Part shown: positions 54,337 through 62,677 of the stretch, piece after piece
Numbering within the stretch: the first letter of the stretch is position 1
Layout: every line of letters starts with the position of its first letter
Assembly (NCBI GenBank): GCA_023432025.1
Contig: JAEYVE010000083.1
Coordinates: forward strand, 4,244 to 68,243
Source of the DNA: Pseudomonadota bacterium
GTDB taxonomy: Bacteria; Myxococcota_A; Polyangia; Polyangiales; Polyangiaceae
Length of the DNA: 64,000 nt
Reading direction: 5' to 3'
The notes under the pieces: generated by a model
Database searches by the model: none
The model's input: only the letters and a program-made list of their open reading frames with translations
Told to the model about the DNA's origin: nothing
Made by a program: the position numbers and the translations under genes

Positions 54337-56526
54337 TCAGCCTTCCGTGAGGTGCTCTCGGATGCGCGCGAGCACGTCTTTTGCGCTCGCCGGAATGGGC
54401 GTGCCCGGACCGTAAATGCCCTTCACGCCCGCTGCGTACAGCTCCGCGTAGTCCTGCTGGGGAACGACCCCACCCACGAACACGACGATGTCCTCGGCGC
54501 CTTCGCGGCGCAGCGCTTCGAGCAAAGCGGGGACGAGCGTCTTGTGGCCGGCGGCGAGGGTGCTGACGCCGATGGCGTGCACGTCGTTTTCGATGGCCTG
54601 GCGCGCGCACTCTTCGGGCGTTTGAAAGAGCGGCCCGATGTCCACGTCGAACCCGAGATCCGCGAACGCGGTGGCCACGATTTTGGCGCCGCGATCGTGA
54701 CCGTCCTGACCCAGCTTGGCGACGAGCACGCGCGGCTGGCGGCCTTGCTCTCGGGCGAAGGTCGCGATTTCTCCGCGGAGTTGGTCGAGACCTTCGGGCG
54801 TGTCGTAAGCCGTGGCGTACACTCCGGTCACCTTCTGCGTATTGGCGCGGTAACGGCCATAAACCTCTTCGAGCGCGGCGCTGACCTCACCTACGGTAGC
54901 GCGGCTCCGCATGGCCACGATCGAGAGCTCGAGCAGGTTGCCGCTGCCGCTCTCGGCGGCTCGCGTGAGGGTCGCGAGCGCCTCTTCGACGGCTTTTCCG
55001 TCGCGGCTCCGGCGGAGCTCAGCCAAGCGTTCGATTTGGCTGCGGCGCACGGCGTGGTTGTCGATCACGCGCACGTCGATTTCGTCTTCCTCAGCGAGCT
55101 TGTACTTGTTCACGCCGACGATGACGTCCTTGCCGGAGTCGATGCGCGCCTGCTTTTCCGCGGCGCTGGCTTCGATCTTGAGCTTGGCCCAGCCGGTCTC
55201 GACGGCGCGCGTCATGCCGCCCAGTCGGTCGACTTCCGCGATGATTTCCCAGGCTTTGTCGGCCATGTCCTGCGTGAGCCGCTCCATCATGTAGCTGCCC
55301 GCCCACGGGTCCACGACGCTCGTGATGTGGGTTTCCTCTTGCAGGATGAGCTGGGTGTTGCGAGCGATGCGCGCGCTGAACTCGGTGGGCAGCGCGATGG
55401 CCTCGTCCAGCGCGTTGGTGTGAAGGCTCTGCGTGCCGCCGAAGATGGCCGCCATCGCCTCCACCGTGGTGCGCACCACGTTGTTGTACGGGTCCTGCTC
55501 GGCCAAGCTGAAGCCCGACGTTTGGCAGTGCGTGCGCAGCATCAGGCTCTTGGGGCTCTTGGCCCCGAACTCCGTCATGATTTTCCACCAGAGCAGACGC
55601 GCCGCGCGCATCTTGGCGATCTCGAGGTAGAAGTTCATGCCGATCGCCCAAAAGAAGCTGAGGCGCCCGGCGAACGCGTCCACGTCCAGCCCCTTGGCGA
55701 GGGCAGTCTTCACGTACTCCTTGCCGTCCGCCAAGGTGAGCGCAAGCTCCAGCGCTTGGTTCGCGCCGGCTTCGTGCATGTGGTAGCCGGAGATCGAAAT
55801 CGAGTTGAACTTCGGCAGCTCTTTGGCGCAGTACTCGATGATGTCGCCCACGATGCGCATGGACGGCGCAGGCGGGTAAATGTACGTGTTTCTGACCAAA
55901 AACTCCTTGAGAATGTCGTTCTGAATCGTGCCGGAGAGCGCGCGTCTTTCGACGCCCTGCTCCTCCGCGGCCACGATGTAAGAAGCCAGCACGGGCAAGA
56001 CCGCGCCGTTCATCGTCATCGACACCGACACCTTGTCGAGCGGGATCCCGTCGAACAGGACCTTCATGTCGAGCACGCTGTCTATCGCAACGCCCGCCTT
56101 GCCGACGTCGCCTTCCACGCGCGGGTGATCGCTGTCGTAGCCGCGGTGCGTGGCCAAATCGAACGCCACGCTCACGCCTTGGCCGCCGGCGGCCAGCGCC
56201 TTTCGGTAGAAGGCGTTGGACGCTTCCGCCGTGGAGAACCCCGCGTACTGACGCACGGTCCACGGGCGCACCGTGTACATCGTGGCTTGTGGCCCGCGCA
56301 CGTACGGGGGAAAGCCCGGCAGCGTGTCGATGTGCTCGAGCCCTTCGACGTCCGCCCGCGTGTAGAGCGGATGCACGACGATGCCCTCGGGCGTGACCCA
56401 GTCGAGCGCTTCGAGCTTTCCGCCGGGCGCTGACTTTTGGGCGGCGGCCCGCCACGTTTCGATGGACTCGGAGCTCGGAAGTTCGGTTTTCGACATCGAT
56501 TGCTTGGCTCGTTCGTTGGCGGCCAT
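54337..56526 (-). CDS. Methylmalonyl-CoA mutase, single-chain catalytic subunit with a B12-binding domain
   Basis: [57 protein letters not shown], and a C-terminal [15 protein letters not shown] (DxHxxG). Confidence 0.95.
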   Translation of the reverse strand: MAANERAKQSMSKTELPSSESIETWRAAAQKSAPGGKLEALDWVTPEGIVVHPLYTRADVEGLEHIDTLPGFPPYVRGPQATMYTVRPWTVRQYAGFSTAEASNAFYRKALAAGGQGVSVAFDLATHRGYDSDHPRVEGDVGKAGVAIDSVLDMKVLFDGIPLDKVSVSMTMNGAVLPVLASYIVAAEEQGVERRALSGTIQNDILKEFLVRNTYIYPPAPSMRIVGDIIEYCAKELPKFNSISISGYHMHEAGANQALELALTLADGKEYVKTALAKGLDVDAFAGRLSFFWAIGMNFYLEIAKMRAARLLWWKIMTEFGAKSPKSLMLRTHCQTSGFSLAEQDPYNNVVRTTVEAMAAIFGGTQSLHTNALDEAIALPTEFSARIARNTQLILQEETHITSVVDPWAGSYMMERLTQDMADKAWEIIAEVDRLGGMTRAVETGWAKLKIEASAAEKQARIDSGKDVIVGVNKYKLAEEDEIDVRVIDNHAVRRSQIERLAELRRSRDGKAVEEALATLTRAAESGSGNLLELSIVAMRSRATVGEVSAALEEVYGRYRANTQKVTGVYATAYDTPEGLDQLRGEIATFAREQGRQPRVLVAKLGQDGHDRGAKIVATAFADLGFDVDIGPLFQTPEECARQAIENDVHAIGVSTLAAGHKTLVPALLEALRREGAEDIVVFVGGVVPQQDYAELYAAGVKGIYGPGTPIPASAKDVLARIREHLTEG

Positions 56527-56740
56527 AGCGTTCGGCCCTGGTTCTGGACAAGGTGGAACGCCGGCGCGACCTAACCGACCTGTTTCCCCGTTCGAGTGGC
56601 CCCCAGGCCGCCCACCGTCCTATCTTCGCGCCCTTGGCTAAGCCTTCGGTTTGACTACATTGTCGTAGCTCGGCTGTCGCGCTCTATTTCGTTTCATTCG
56701 AGTCGCGTCCGCACGTCCGCGCCCCTACGGAGAATCATCG

Positions 56741-57610
56741 ATGTCGTCATTCGTTTGCGCACTGATGGGTCAGGGACCTCAGCTGATTGCCTGCGCGGAG
56801 GTCCTGCTCGCGCGAGGCCACCGCATCTCTCGCGTCGTGTCGGACTGTGCGGAGGTCACCGCCTGGACGCAGAAGAAGGGCCTCGCGCGCATCGGGACGA
56901 AGGAAAACCCCGCCGATTCGCTGGCGCAGGAGCCGTTCGACTACTTCTTCAGCATCGTCAACCACGCCATCACGCCGCCCGAGGTGCTCGCGCTGCCACG
57001 CCGGGGCGCCATCAATTATCACGACTCACGTTTGCCCGCGTACAGCGGCTTCAACGCCACGTCGTGGGCCATTTTGGACGGTCAAAGCGAGCACGGCATC
57101 ACCTGGCACCGCATGACGGCGGACGTCGACGCGGGCGCGGTGCTCGTGCAGCGCACCTTCGCCATCGGCGACGAGGACACGGCATTTGCGCTCGCGGCTC
57201 GTGCGAGCGAGGTGGCGGTGCGTTCCTTCGGGGAGCTCCTGGACGGGTTGGAAAAGGGGTCGCTCGTCGAGGAGCCGGCCCGTCCAGCCGAAAACTTCCA
57301 CTTCAAGTCGGAGCGCCTCGGCTTTTCCGTCGTGGATCCGCGTGCCACGACGCTCGAAATCCAGCGTTTGGTGCGTGCCTTGGACTTCGGTCCCGAGGAG
57401 AGCTGGCTGAGCCGCCCCAAGCTGCAAACGCCCAGCGGCGCCTTCATCGCGGTGGGCGCCGTCGCCCCCGGCTCCTCTCACGGCGCCCCGGGCACGCTTC
57501 ACCGCGCCAGCGCCGAGGCCCTCGAGCTTTCCGTCGCGGACGGCAGCCTGGTTTTGTCCGATTTGGCGACGCTCGAAGGCGAGCCGCTCTCGGCGGAGCA
57601 GCTCGGTGCT
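56741..57610 (+). other. Formyltransferase-like domain of the NRPS (aa 1 to about 290)
   Basis: AINYHDSRLPAYSGFN (NxH...LPxxxG) with Asn92/His94, and Asp130 in TADVDAGAV, at the same spacing as the Fmt catalytic Asn/His/Asp. Confidence 0.75.
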
Positions 57611-60600
57611 CTCGGCTTGGTCGCGGGTGCGACGTTGTCGTCGCCGCCCACCGAGCTCGCGGACGCCGCGCGGGAGCTCGACCGACGTGTGACGAAGCGA
57701 GAGCGCTCCTGGGTCTCACGCCTTTCGAGCGTGGCGGCGCCCACGCTGAGCGAGCTCCGTGCGCATGCGAGCGGCGGGAGCGTAGAGCGAGTTTCGGTCG
57801 CGCTTCCGTCGGCTTGGGCTTCGCGCGCTCCCGAAGAGCGACGTGCGCTCGGCGTCACGGCGCTCGCTGCCTACTTGGCGCGGGTCGGGGAAGACGTGTT
57901 CCGCGTGAGCTTGGGCCTCACGGCGCCGTCGCTCGCGGCGGAGCTCCACTCGCTCTACGCGAGCGTGGTCCCGCTGTCGCTCGACATTTCCACCGAGCTG
58001 ACCCTGGCCGAGGCGCTCGGTCGCGTCACGAAGGAGCTGGAGTCGGCGCGCGAGCGCGAGACGTACGCGCGCGACGTGTGGACGCGCTACCCGTCGCTCC
58101 GCTCCGTCGCCAAGAGCGAACGCGAGCTGCCCATCGTGGTTTCGTTCGGCCGAGGGGAGCCGAGCGCGCTGCCGAGCGGCGCGCGGCTGCTGGTTCAGTT
58201 GCCGGAAGAAGGGGGCGAGCTTTCGCTGGTCTGGGATTCGGCCGCGCTCTCGCGCGTTCACGCCGAGCGCTTGGCGGAGCGCCTGGCGCATGTGGTGGGG
58301 CTCGTGGCGGCGGACGACGCGAGCGCACGCCTCGATTCGTTCTCCATCGTGACGCCCGGGGAAACCAGCCTGCTTCTCGAGACGTTCCAGAACACCTCGC
58401 GACCCGCCGCGGAAATCGCCTGCATTCACCGCTTGTTCGAGGCTCAGGTGGCGCGCACGCCGGACAAGACGGCGGTGGTGTTCCGGGACCGGAGCCTCAC
58501 GTACCGTGAGCTCGACGCGCGCGCGAACGCGCTCGGCCGAGAGCTGCAGAGCCGCGGCGTGGGTCCGGACTCGCTCGTCGCCATCTCCATCGAGCGTTCG
58601 CTCGACATGGTGGTGGGCCTGCTCGCCATTTTGAAGGCGGGCGGCGCCTACGTTCCTCTGGACCCGGCGTACCCCGCGGAGCGCCTCTCCATCATGCTCG
58701 AGGACTCCGGCGCACGGCTGCTCCTCACGCAGAGTCATCTCACCAAACAAATCCCTCACCACGGCGCGGAGCTCATCCTGGTGGACGGCCCGCGCGAGGG
58801 GGCGTCGGGCGAGCCGCTCTCGAGCGACGTACGGCCGGGGCACCTCGCGTACGTGATTTTCACGTCCGGTTCGACGGGGCGTCCGAAGGGCGTGATGGTC
58901 GAGCACCGGAACGCCGCGAACTTCTTCGCGGGCATGGACGAGCGCGTGGGCACCGAGCCCGGCGTTTGGCTCGCCGTCACCAGCATTTCCTTCGACATTT
59001 CGGTCTTGGAGCTGTTCTGGACGCTGACGCGCGGCTTCGAGGTCGTGATTCAGGAGGAAGGAGACCGCGCGTCGCTGCTCAAGTCGCAGAGCCGCGTGCG
59101 TGTCTCGAGCAAGCCGATGGACTTCGGCTTGTTCTACTTCGCCGCGGATAGCTCCACGGCGCCCCAGGGCAACGCCTACCGCCTCCTGCTGGAGGGGGCG
59201 CGCTTCGCCGATACGCACGACTTTACCGCGGTGTGGACGCCGGAGCGGCATTTCCACGCCTTCGGTGGTTTGTACCCGAACCCGGCCGTCACGTCGGCGG
59301 CCATCGCGGCCGTGACGTCGCGCGTCGCGCTGCGCGCTGGCAGCGTCGTGATCCCTCTGCACGATCCCATCCGCGTCGCGGAGGAGTGGGCCGTGGTGGA
59401 CAACCTGTCGAACGGTCGCGTGGGGCTTTCGTTCGCCTCCGGTTGGCACGCCAACGACTTCGCGCTCAAGCCGGAGAACTACGAGCGGCGCCGCGAGGTG
59501 ATGCAGGAGTCGATCGAAACCGTCCTCAAGCTGTGGGCGGGCGAGAAAATTCGCGTCAAAAACGGCAGCGGTCAGGAGATCGAGGTGGGCGTCTTGCCGC
59601 GCCCCGTGCGGCAGAGGCCGCCCATGTGGATCGCCTCCGCGGGCAACGTCGACACGTTCAAGGCCGCAGGTCGCCTCGGCTACAACGTCCTCACGAACAT
59701 GCTCGGTCAGGACATCAAGGACCTGGGCAACAAGTTCGCGGCCTATCGCGAGGCGCGCCGCGAGGCGGGCCACGAGGGCGAAGGAATCGTGTCGGTCATG
59801 CTCCACACGTTCGTGACGGACGACGACGACAAGGCGCGGGAGCTCGCGCGGGGGCCCTTCGGCAACTATTTGAAGAGCTCGTACGATCTGGTGAAGGTCG
59901 CGCCGTGGATGTTCCCGGCGTTCAAGCAGCCGTCGCTCGGTGAGGGCAGCACCTCAGCCTTCGATCCCAGCCGCTTCGACGAGAGCGACATGGCGGCGCT
60001 CCTGGATCACGCGTTCGACCGCTACTTCGACACGGCGGGTCTCTTCGGCACGCCCGAGCGCGCGCTCGCCCTCGTCGAACAGTTGAAGGAAATCGGCGCG
60101 ACCGAGGTGGCGTGCTTGATCGACTTCGGCATCGAGCCCGACGTGGTGCTCGAGAACCTGGTGCACCTGGACGAGCTCCGTCGCCTGGCCAACTCCGGCT
60201 CGGAAATGGCGCACTCCGGCGTCGCGCTCGTCGACACGTCGGCGCCCGTCACCATTCGCGAGCAGTTCGAGCGCCGCCAAATCACGCATTTTCAGTGCAC
60301 GCCGTCGATGGCGCGCATGATCGTGGCGGACGGCACCGTGAGCGCCATGCGCTCGCTCGAGCGTCTCCTCTTGGGTGGAGAGGCGCTGCCGGCGGATCTC
60401 GCGGACAAGCTGCGCCAAGAGCTGCCCGACACCACGCTGCTCAACATGTACGGACCGACCGAAACCACGGTTTGGTCGACCACCGCGGCGATCACGAGTG
60501 AGGACATCACCATCGGCACGCCCATCGCCAACACGCAGATCCGCATCTTGGATCGCAAGCTGGGCCTCGCGCCGCTCGGTACACCGGGCGAGCTGTGCAT

Positions 60601-62617
60601 CGGTGGCTGGGGCGTCGTGCGCGGCTACCTGGGCAAGCCGGAGCTGACCGCGGAGCGCTTCGTTTCGGACCCGTACCTCGCGGACAACCGCCTGTATCGA
60701 ACGGGAGATCTCGCTCGCTTCCGCGACGACGGGCAGCTCGAGTACATCGGCCGCATCGACCAGCAGGTGAAGGTCAACGGGTACCGCATCGAGCTCGGAG
60801 AAATCGAGACGATCTTGGGTCGTCACCCGGCGGTGAAGGAAGCCGTGGTCGCGGTGAAAGAAGGCGCGGTGGGCCCCGAGCTCGTGGGCTACGTCATCGC
60901 GGGCGGAGACACGTCCAAGGAAGCCGCGACGCCGGACGTCACGACCTGGCAGGAGCGTTGGGACGAGGCGTACTCCAAGCGCGCCGGCGCGAGCGACGCG
61001 CCCGTGCGCTTCGACACGTCCGGCTGGCTCGACAGCTACACCGGCACGCCCATCGCCACCGAGCAGATGAAGGAGTGGCTGGACCAAACCATCGAGCGCA
61101 TCTTGGCGCTGAAGCCGCGCCGCGTGCTCGAAATTGGCTGCGGCACCGGCATGATCCTCTACCGCACGCTGCCGCACGTCGAGCACTACACCGCGGTGGA
61201 TCTGTCGCCCCACGCGCTCGAAACCATCCGCAAGGAGCTGGACACGAACGAGCGCGCCAAGGTGACCTTGCTCAACAAGGCCGCTCACGAGCTGGACTCC
61301 ATCGCGGACGGCAGCGTCGATCTCGTGATCATCAACTCCGTGGCGCAGTACTTCCCGAGCGCGGACTACCTGGTGTCCGTGCTCGAGCGCGCGGGTCGCG
61401 CGCTCGAGCCAGGCGGCAAAATCTTCCTGGGCGACGTGCGGAGCTTGGAGGAGCTGCGCCACTTCCACGCCTTGGTCGAAATCGAAAAGGCTCCGGGGCA
61501 AAGCACGCGAGACGCGCTCCGCGCGCGCATCGCCGAGCGCGTGGAGCTCGACACCGAGCTCACGCTCGGTACCGGGTTCTTCGCGGCGCTCGGGAGTCGC
61601 GCGCCGCGTCTGTCGCTCGCTTCGATTCAGCTGAAGCGCGGGGTGCACTCGAACGAAATGCGCGACTTCCGTTCGGACGTCGTGCTCACGGCGGGCGCGG
61701 AAGTGCGGGAGCTGGCCCCAAGCGAGGTGCGCACGCTTTCCGCTCCGGACAGCGTGGGCCTCGTGCGCGAGCTGCTTTCGGAACAGCCGCCGGCGCTGCT
61801 CCTGACGGGCTTTGCGAACGCGCGAATCGGGCGAGCCATCGACGTCTTGGAGCGCCTCACGCAGGGCGGTCCGGAGCTCACCGCCGACGAGCTGCGGCAG
61901 GCGTCCGCGGCGGCGCGAGGCGTGGATCCCAACGAGCTGTTCGAGCTTTCGGGTTACGACGTCGAGATTCGCTTCGGGGAAAAGCCGGGCACCTTCGACG
62001 CCTTGCTGCGGAGGCGCGGCGCGGCGCCCGACGGCGTGTGGCCGGCCCGTTCAGGGACCGGACCTACCGCCAGCACGCCTCACGCCACGCTGTCTGCCGA
62101 CACGCTTATCCCCAAACTCAAGGCGCACCTGAAGGACTTCTTGCCCGAATACATGGTGCCTCAGTCCTTCGTGCTCATGAGCGCCTTCCCGCTCACGCCG
62201 AACGGCAAGATCGACCGCAAGGCGCTGCCCAAACCCGCCGAGCAGCCGCGCCGCACGGCGACCGAGTACGTCATCCCCTCCAACGAGCTGGAGCGCACCA
62301 TCGCCGATATTTGGCGTGAAATGCTGGGGGTGGAGCGCGTCGGTCGCAAGGACAACATCTTCGACTTGGGCGCCAGCTCGCTGCTCACCGTCGAGGCGAA
62401 CAACCGACTGCAGAACGTGCTCGGCAAGAAAATCCCGCTCGTCACCATGTTCCGCTACCCGACCATCGAGAGCCTCGCCGCGCATTTGGGCAAGCTGCTC
62501 GACCCGCAGCCGAGCGGAGACGCGTCCTCTTCGGCTTCGAACGCCGAGCAGGAGCGTCAAGCGCGCCTCGCCGCGGCGGCGGATCGCCGCAGGCGCGCGC
62601 GCTCTCAAGCCAGCTGA
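56741..62617 (+). CDS. NRPS loading-type module: formyltransferase-like domain, C-terminal half of a condensation domain, a Gly-predicted A domain carrying two embedded domains (luciferase-like monooxygenase, methyltransferase), then PCP
   Basis: See the sub-features below. A cores are LTYRELDA, LAYVIFTSGSTGRPKGV, SFDISVLE, [insert], NMYGPTETT, YRTGDL, GRIDQQVKVNGYRIELGEIE, [insert] and NGKIDRKALP. The PCP motif is IFDLGASSLL. An SD-like GGAG lies 12 nt before the ATG at 56741. Confidence 0.95.
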   Translation: MSSFVCALMGQGPQLIACAEVLLARGHRISRVVSDCAEVTAWTQKKGLARIGTKENPADSLAQEPFDYFFSIVNHAITPPEVLALPRRGAINYHDSRLPAYSGFNATSWAILDGQSEHGITWHRMTADVDAGAVLVQRTFAIGDEDTAFALAARASEVAVRSFGELLDGLEKGSLVEEPARPAENFHFKSERLGFSVVDPRATTLEIQRLVRALDFGPEESWLSRPKLQTPSGAFIAVGAVAPGSSHGAPGTLHRASAEALELSVADGSLVLSDLATLEGEPLSAEQLGALGLVAGATLSSPPTELADAARELDRRVTKRERSWVSRLSSVAAPTLSELRAHASGGSVERVSVALPSAWASRAPEERRALGVTALAAYLARVGEDVFRVSLGLTAPSLAAELHSLYASVVPLSLDISTELTLAEALGRVTKELESARERETYARDVWTRYPSLRSVAKSERELPIVVSFGRGEPSALPSGARLLVQLPEEGGELSLVWDSAALSRVHAERLAERLAHVVGLVAADDASARLDSFSIVTPGETSLLLETFQNTSRPAAEIACIHRLFEAQVARTPDKTAVVFRDRSLTYRELDARANALGRELQSRGVGPDSLVAISIERSLDMVVGLLAILKAGGAYVPLDPAYPAERLSIMLEDSGARLLLTQSHLTKQIPHHGAELILVDGPREGASGEPLSSDVRPGHLAYVIFTSGSTGRPKGVMVEHRNAANFFAGMDERVGTEPGVWLAVTSISFDISVLELFWTLTRGFEVVIQEEGDRASLLKSQSRVRVSSKPMDFGLFYFAADSSTAPQGNAYRLLLEGARFADTHDFTAVWTPERHFHAFGGLYPNPAVTSAAIAAVTSRVALRAGSVVIPLHDPIRVAEEWAVVDNLSNGRVGLSFASGWHANDFALKPENYERRREVMQESIETVLKLWAGEKIRVKNGSGQEIEVGVLPRPVRQRPPMWIASAGNVDTFKAAGRLGYNVLTNMLGQDIKDLGNKFAAYREARREAGHEGEGIVSVMLHTFVTDDDDKARELARGPFGNYLKSSYDLVKVAPWMFPAFKQPSLGEGSTSAFDPSRFDESDMAALLDHAFDRYFDTAGLFGTPERALALVEQLKEIGATEVACLIDFGIEPDVVLENLVHLDELRRLANSGSEMAHSGVALVDTSAPVTIREQFERRQITHFQCTPSMARMIVADGTVSAMRSLERLLLGGEALPADLADKLRQELPDTTLLNMYGPTETTVWSTTAAITSEDITIGTPIANTQIRILDRKLGLAPLGTPGELCIGGWGVVRGYLGKPELTAERFVSDPYLADNRLYRTGDLARFRDDGQLEYIGRIDQQVKVNGYRIELGEIETILGRHPAVKEAVVAVKEGAVGPELVGYVIAGGDTSKEAATPDVTTWQERWDEAYSKRAGASDAPVRFDTSGWLDSYTGTPIATEQMKEWLDQTIERILALKPRRVLEIGCGTGMILYRTLPHVEHYTAVDLSPHALETIRKELDTNERAKVTLLNKAAHELDSIADGSVDLVIINSVAQYFPSADYLVSVLERAGRALEPGGKIFLGDVRSLEELRHFHALVEIEKAPGQSTRDALRARIAERVELDTELTLGTGFFAALGSRAPRLSLASIQLKRGVHSNEMRDFRSDVVLTAGAEVRELAPSEVRTLSAPDSVGLVRELLSEQPPALLLTGFANARIGRAIDVLERLTQGGPELTADELRQASAAARGVDPNELFELSGYDVEIRFGEKPGTFDALLRRRGAAPDGVWPARSGTGPTASTPHATLSADTLIPKLKAHLKDFLPEYMVPQSFVLMSAFPLTPNGKIDRKALPKPAEQPRRTATEYVIPSNELERTIADIWREMLGVERVGRKDNIFDLGASSLLTVEANNRLQNVLGKKIPLVTMFRYPTIESLAAHLGKLLDPQPSGDASSSASNAEQERQARLAAAADRRRRARSQAS
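57668..58405 (+). other. C-terminal lobe of a condensation domain without the N-terminal lobe or His motif (aa about 310-555)
   Basis: ERSWVSRL..., TALAAYLARVGEDVFRVSLG, YASVVPLSLDISTELTLAEALGRV and LSLVWDSAALSRVHAERLAERLAHVV follow the order of C-domain motifs downstream of HHxxxDG. No HHxxxDG is found anywhere upstream. Confidence 0.5.
59108..60190 (+). other. Luciferase-like (FMN-dependent) monooxygenase domain embedded between A4 and A5 (aa about 790-1150)
   Basis: MDFGLFYFAAD...YRLLLEGARFADTHDFTAVWTPERHF...GGLYPNPAV..., PLHDPIRVAEEWAVVDNLSNGRVGLSFASGW and GTPERALALVEQLKEIGATEVACLIDFG match the LLM fold pattern. It is flanked by SFDISVLE upstream and ITHFQCTPS downstream. Confidence 0.8.
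60923..62110 (+). other. SAM-dependent methyltransferase domain embedded between A8 and A9/A10 (aa about 1395-1790)
   Basis: WQERWDEAYS...FDTSGWLDSYTGTPIATEQMKEWLD, then motif I RVLEIGCGTGMIL and DLVIINSVAQYFP. This is the position and pattern typical of NRPS-embedded N-methyltransferases. Confidence 0.8.
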
Positions 62618-62677
62618 GCCCCGGACCAGAACCTCACGCCGGGACCGCGCGCCCCGGTCCGCCCTCTCGTGCACGTC

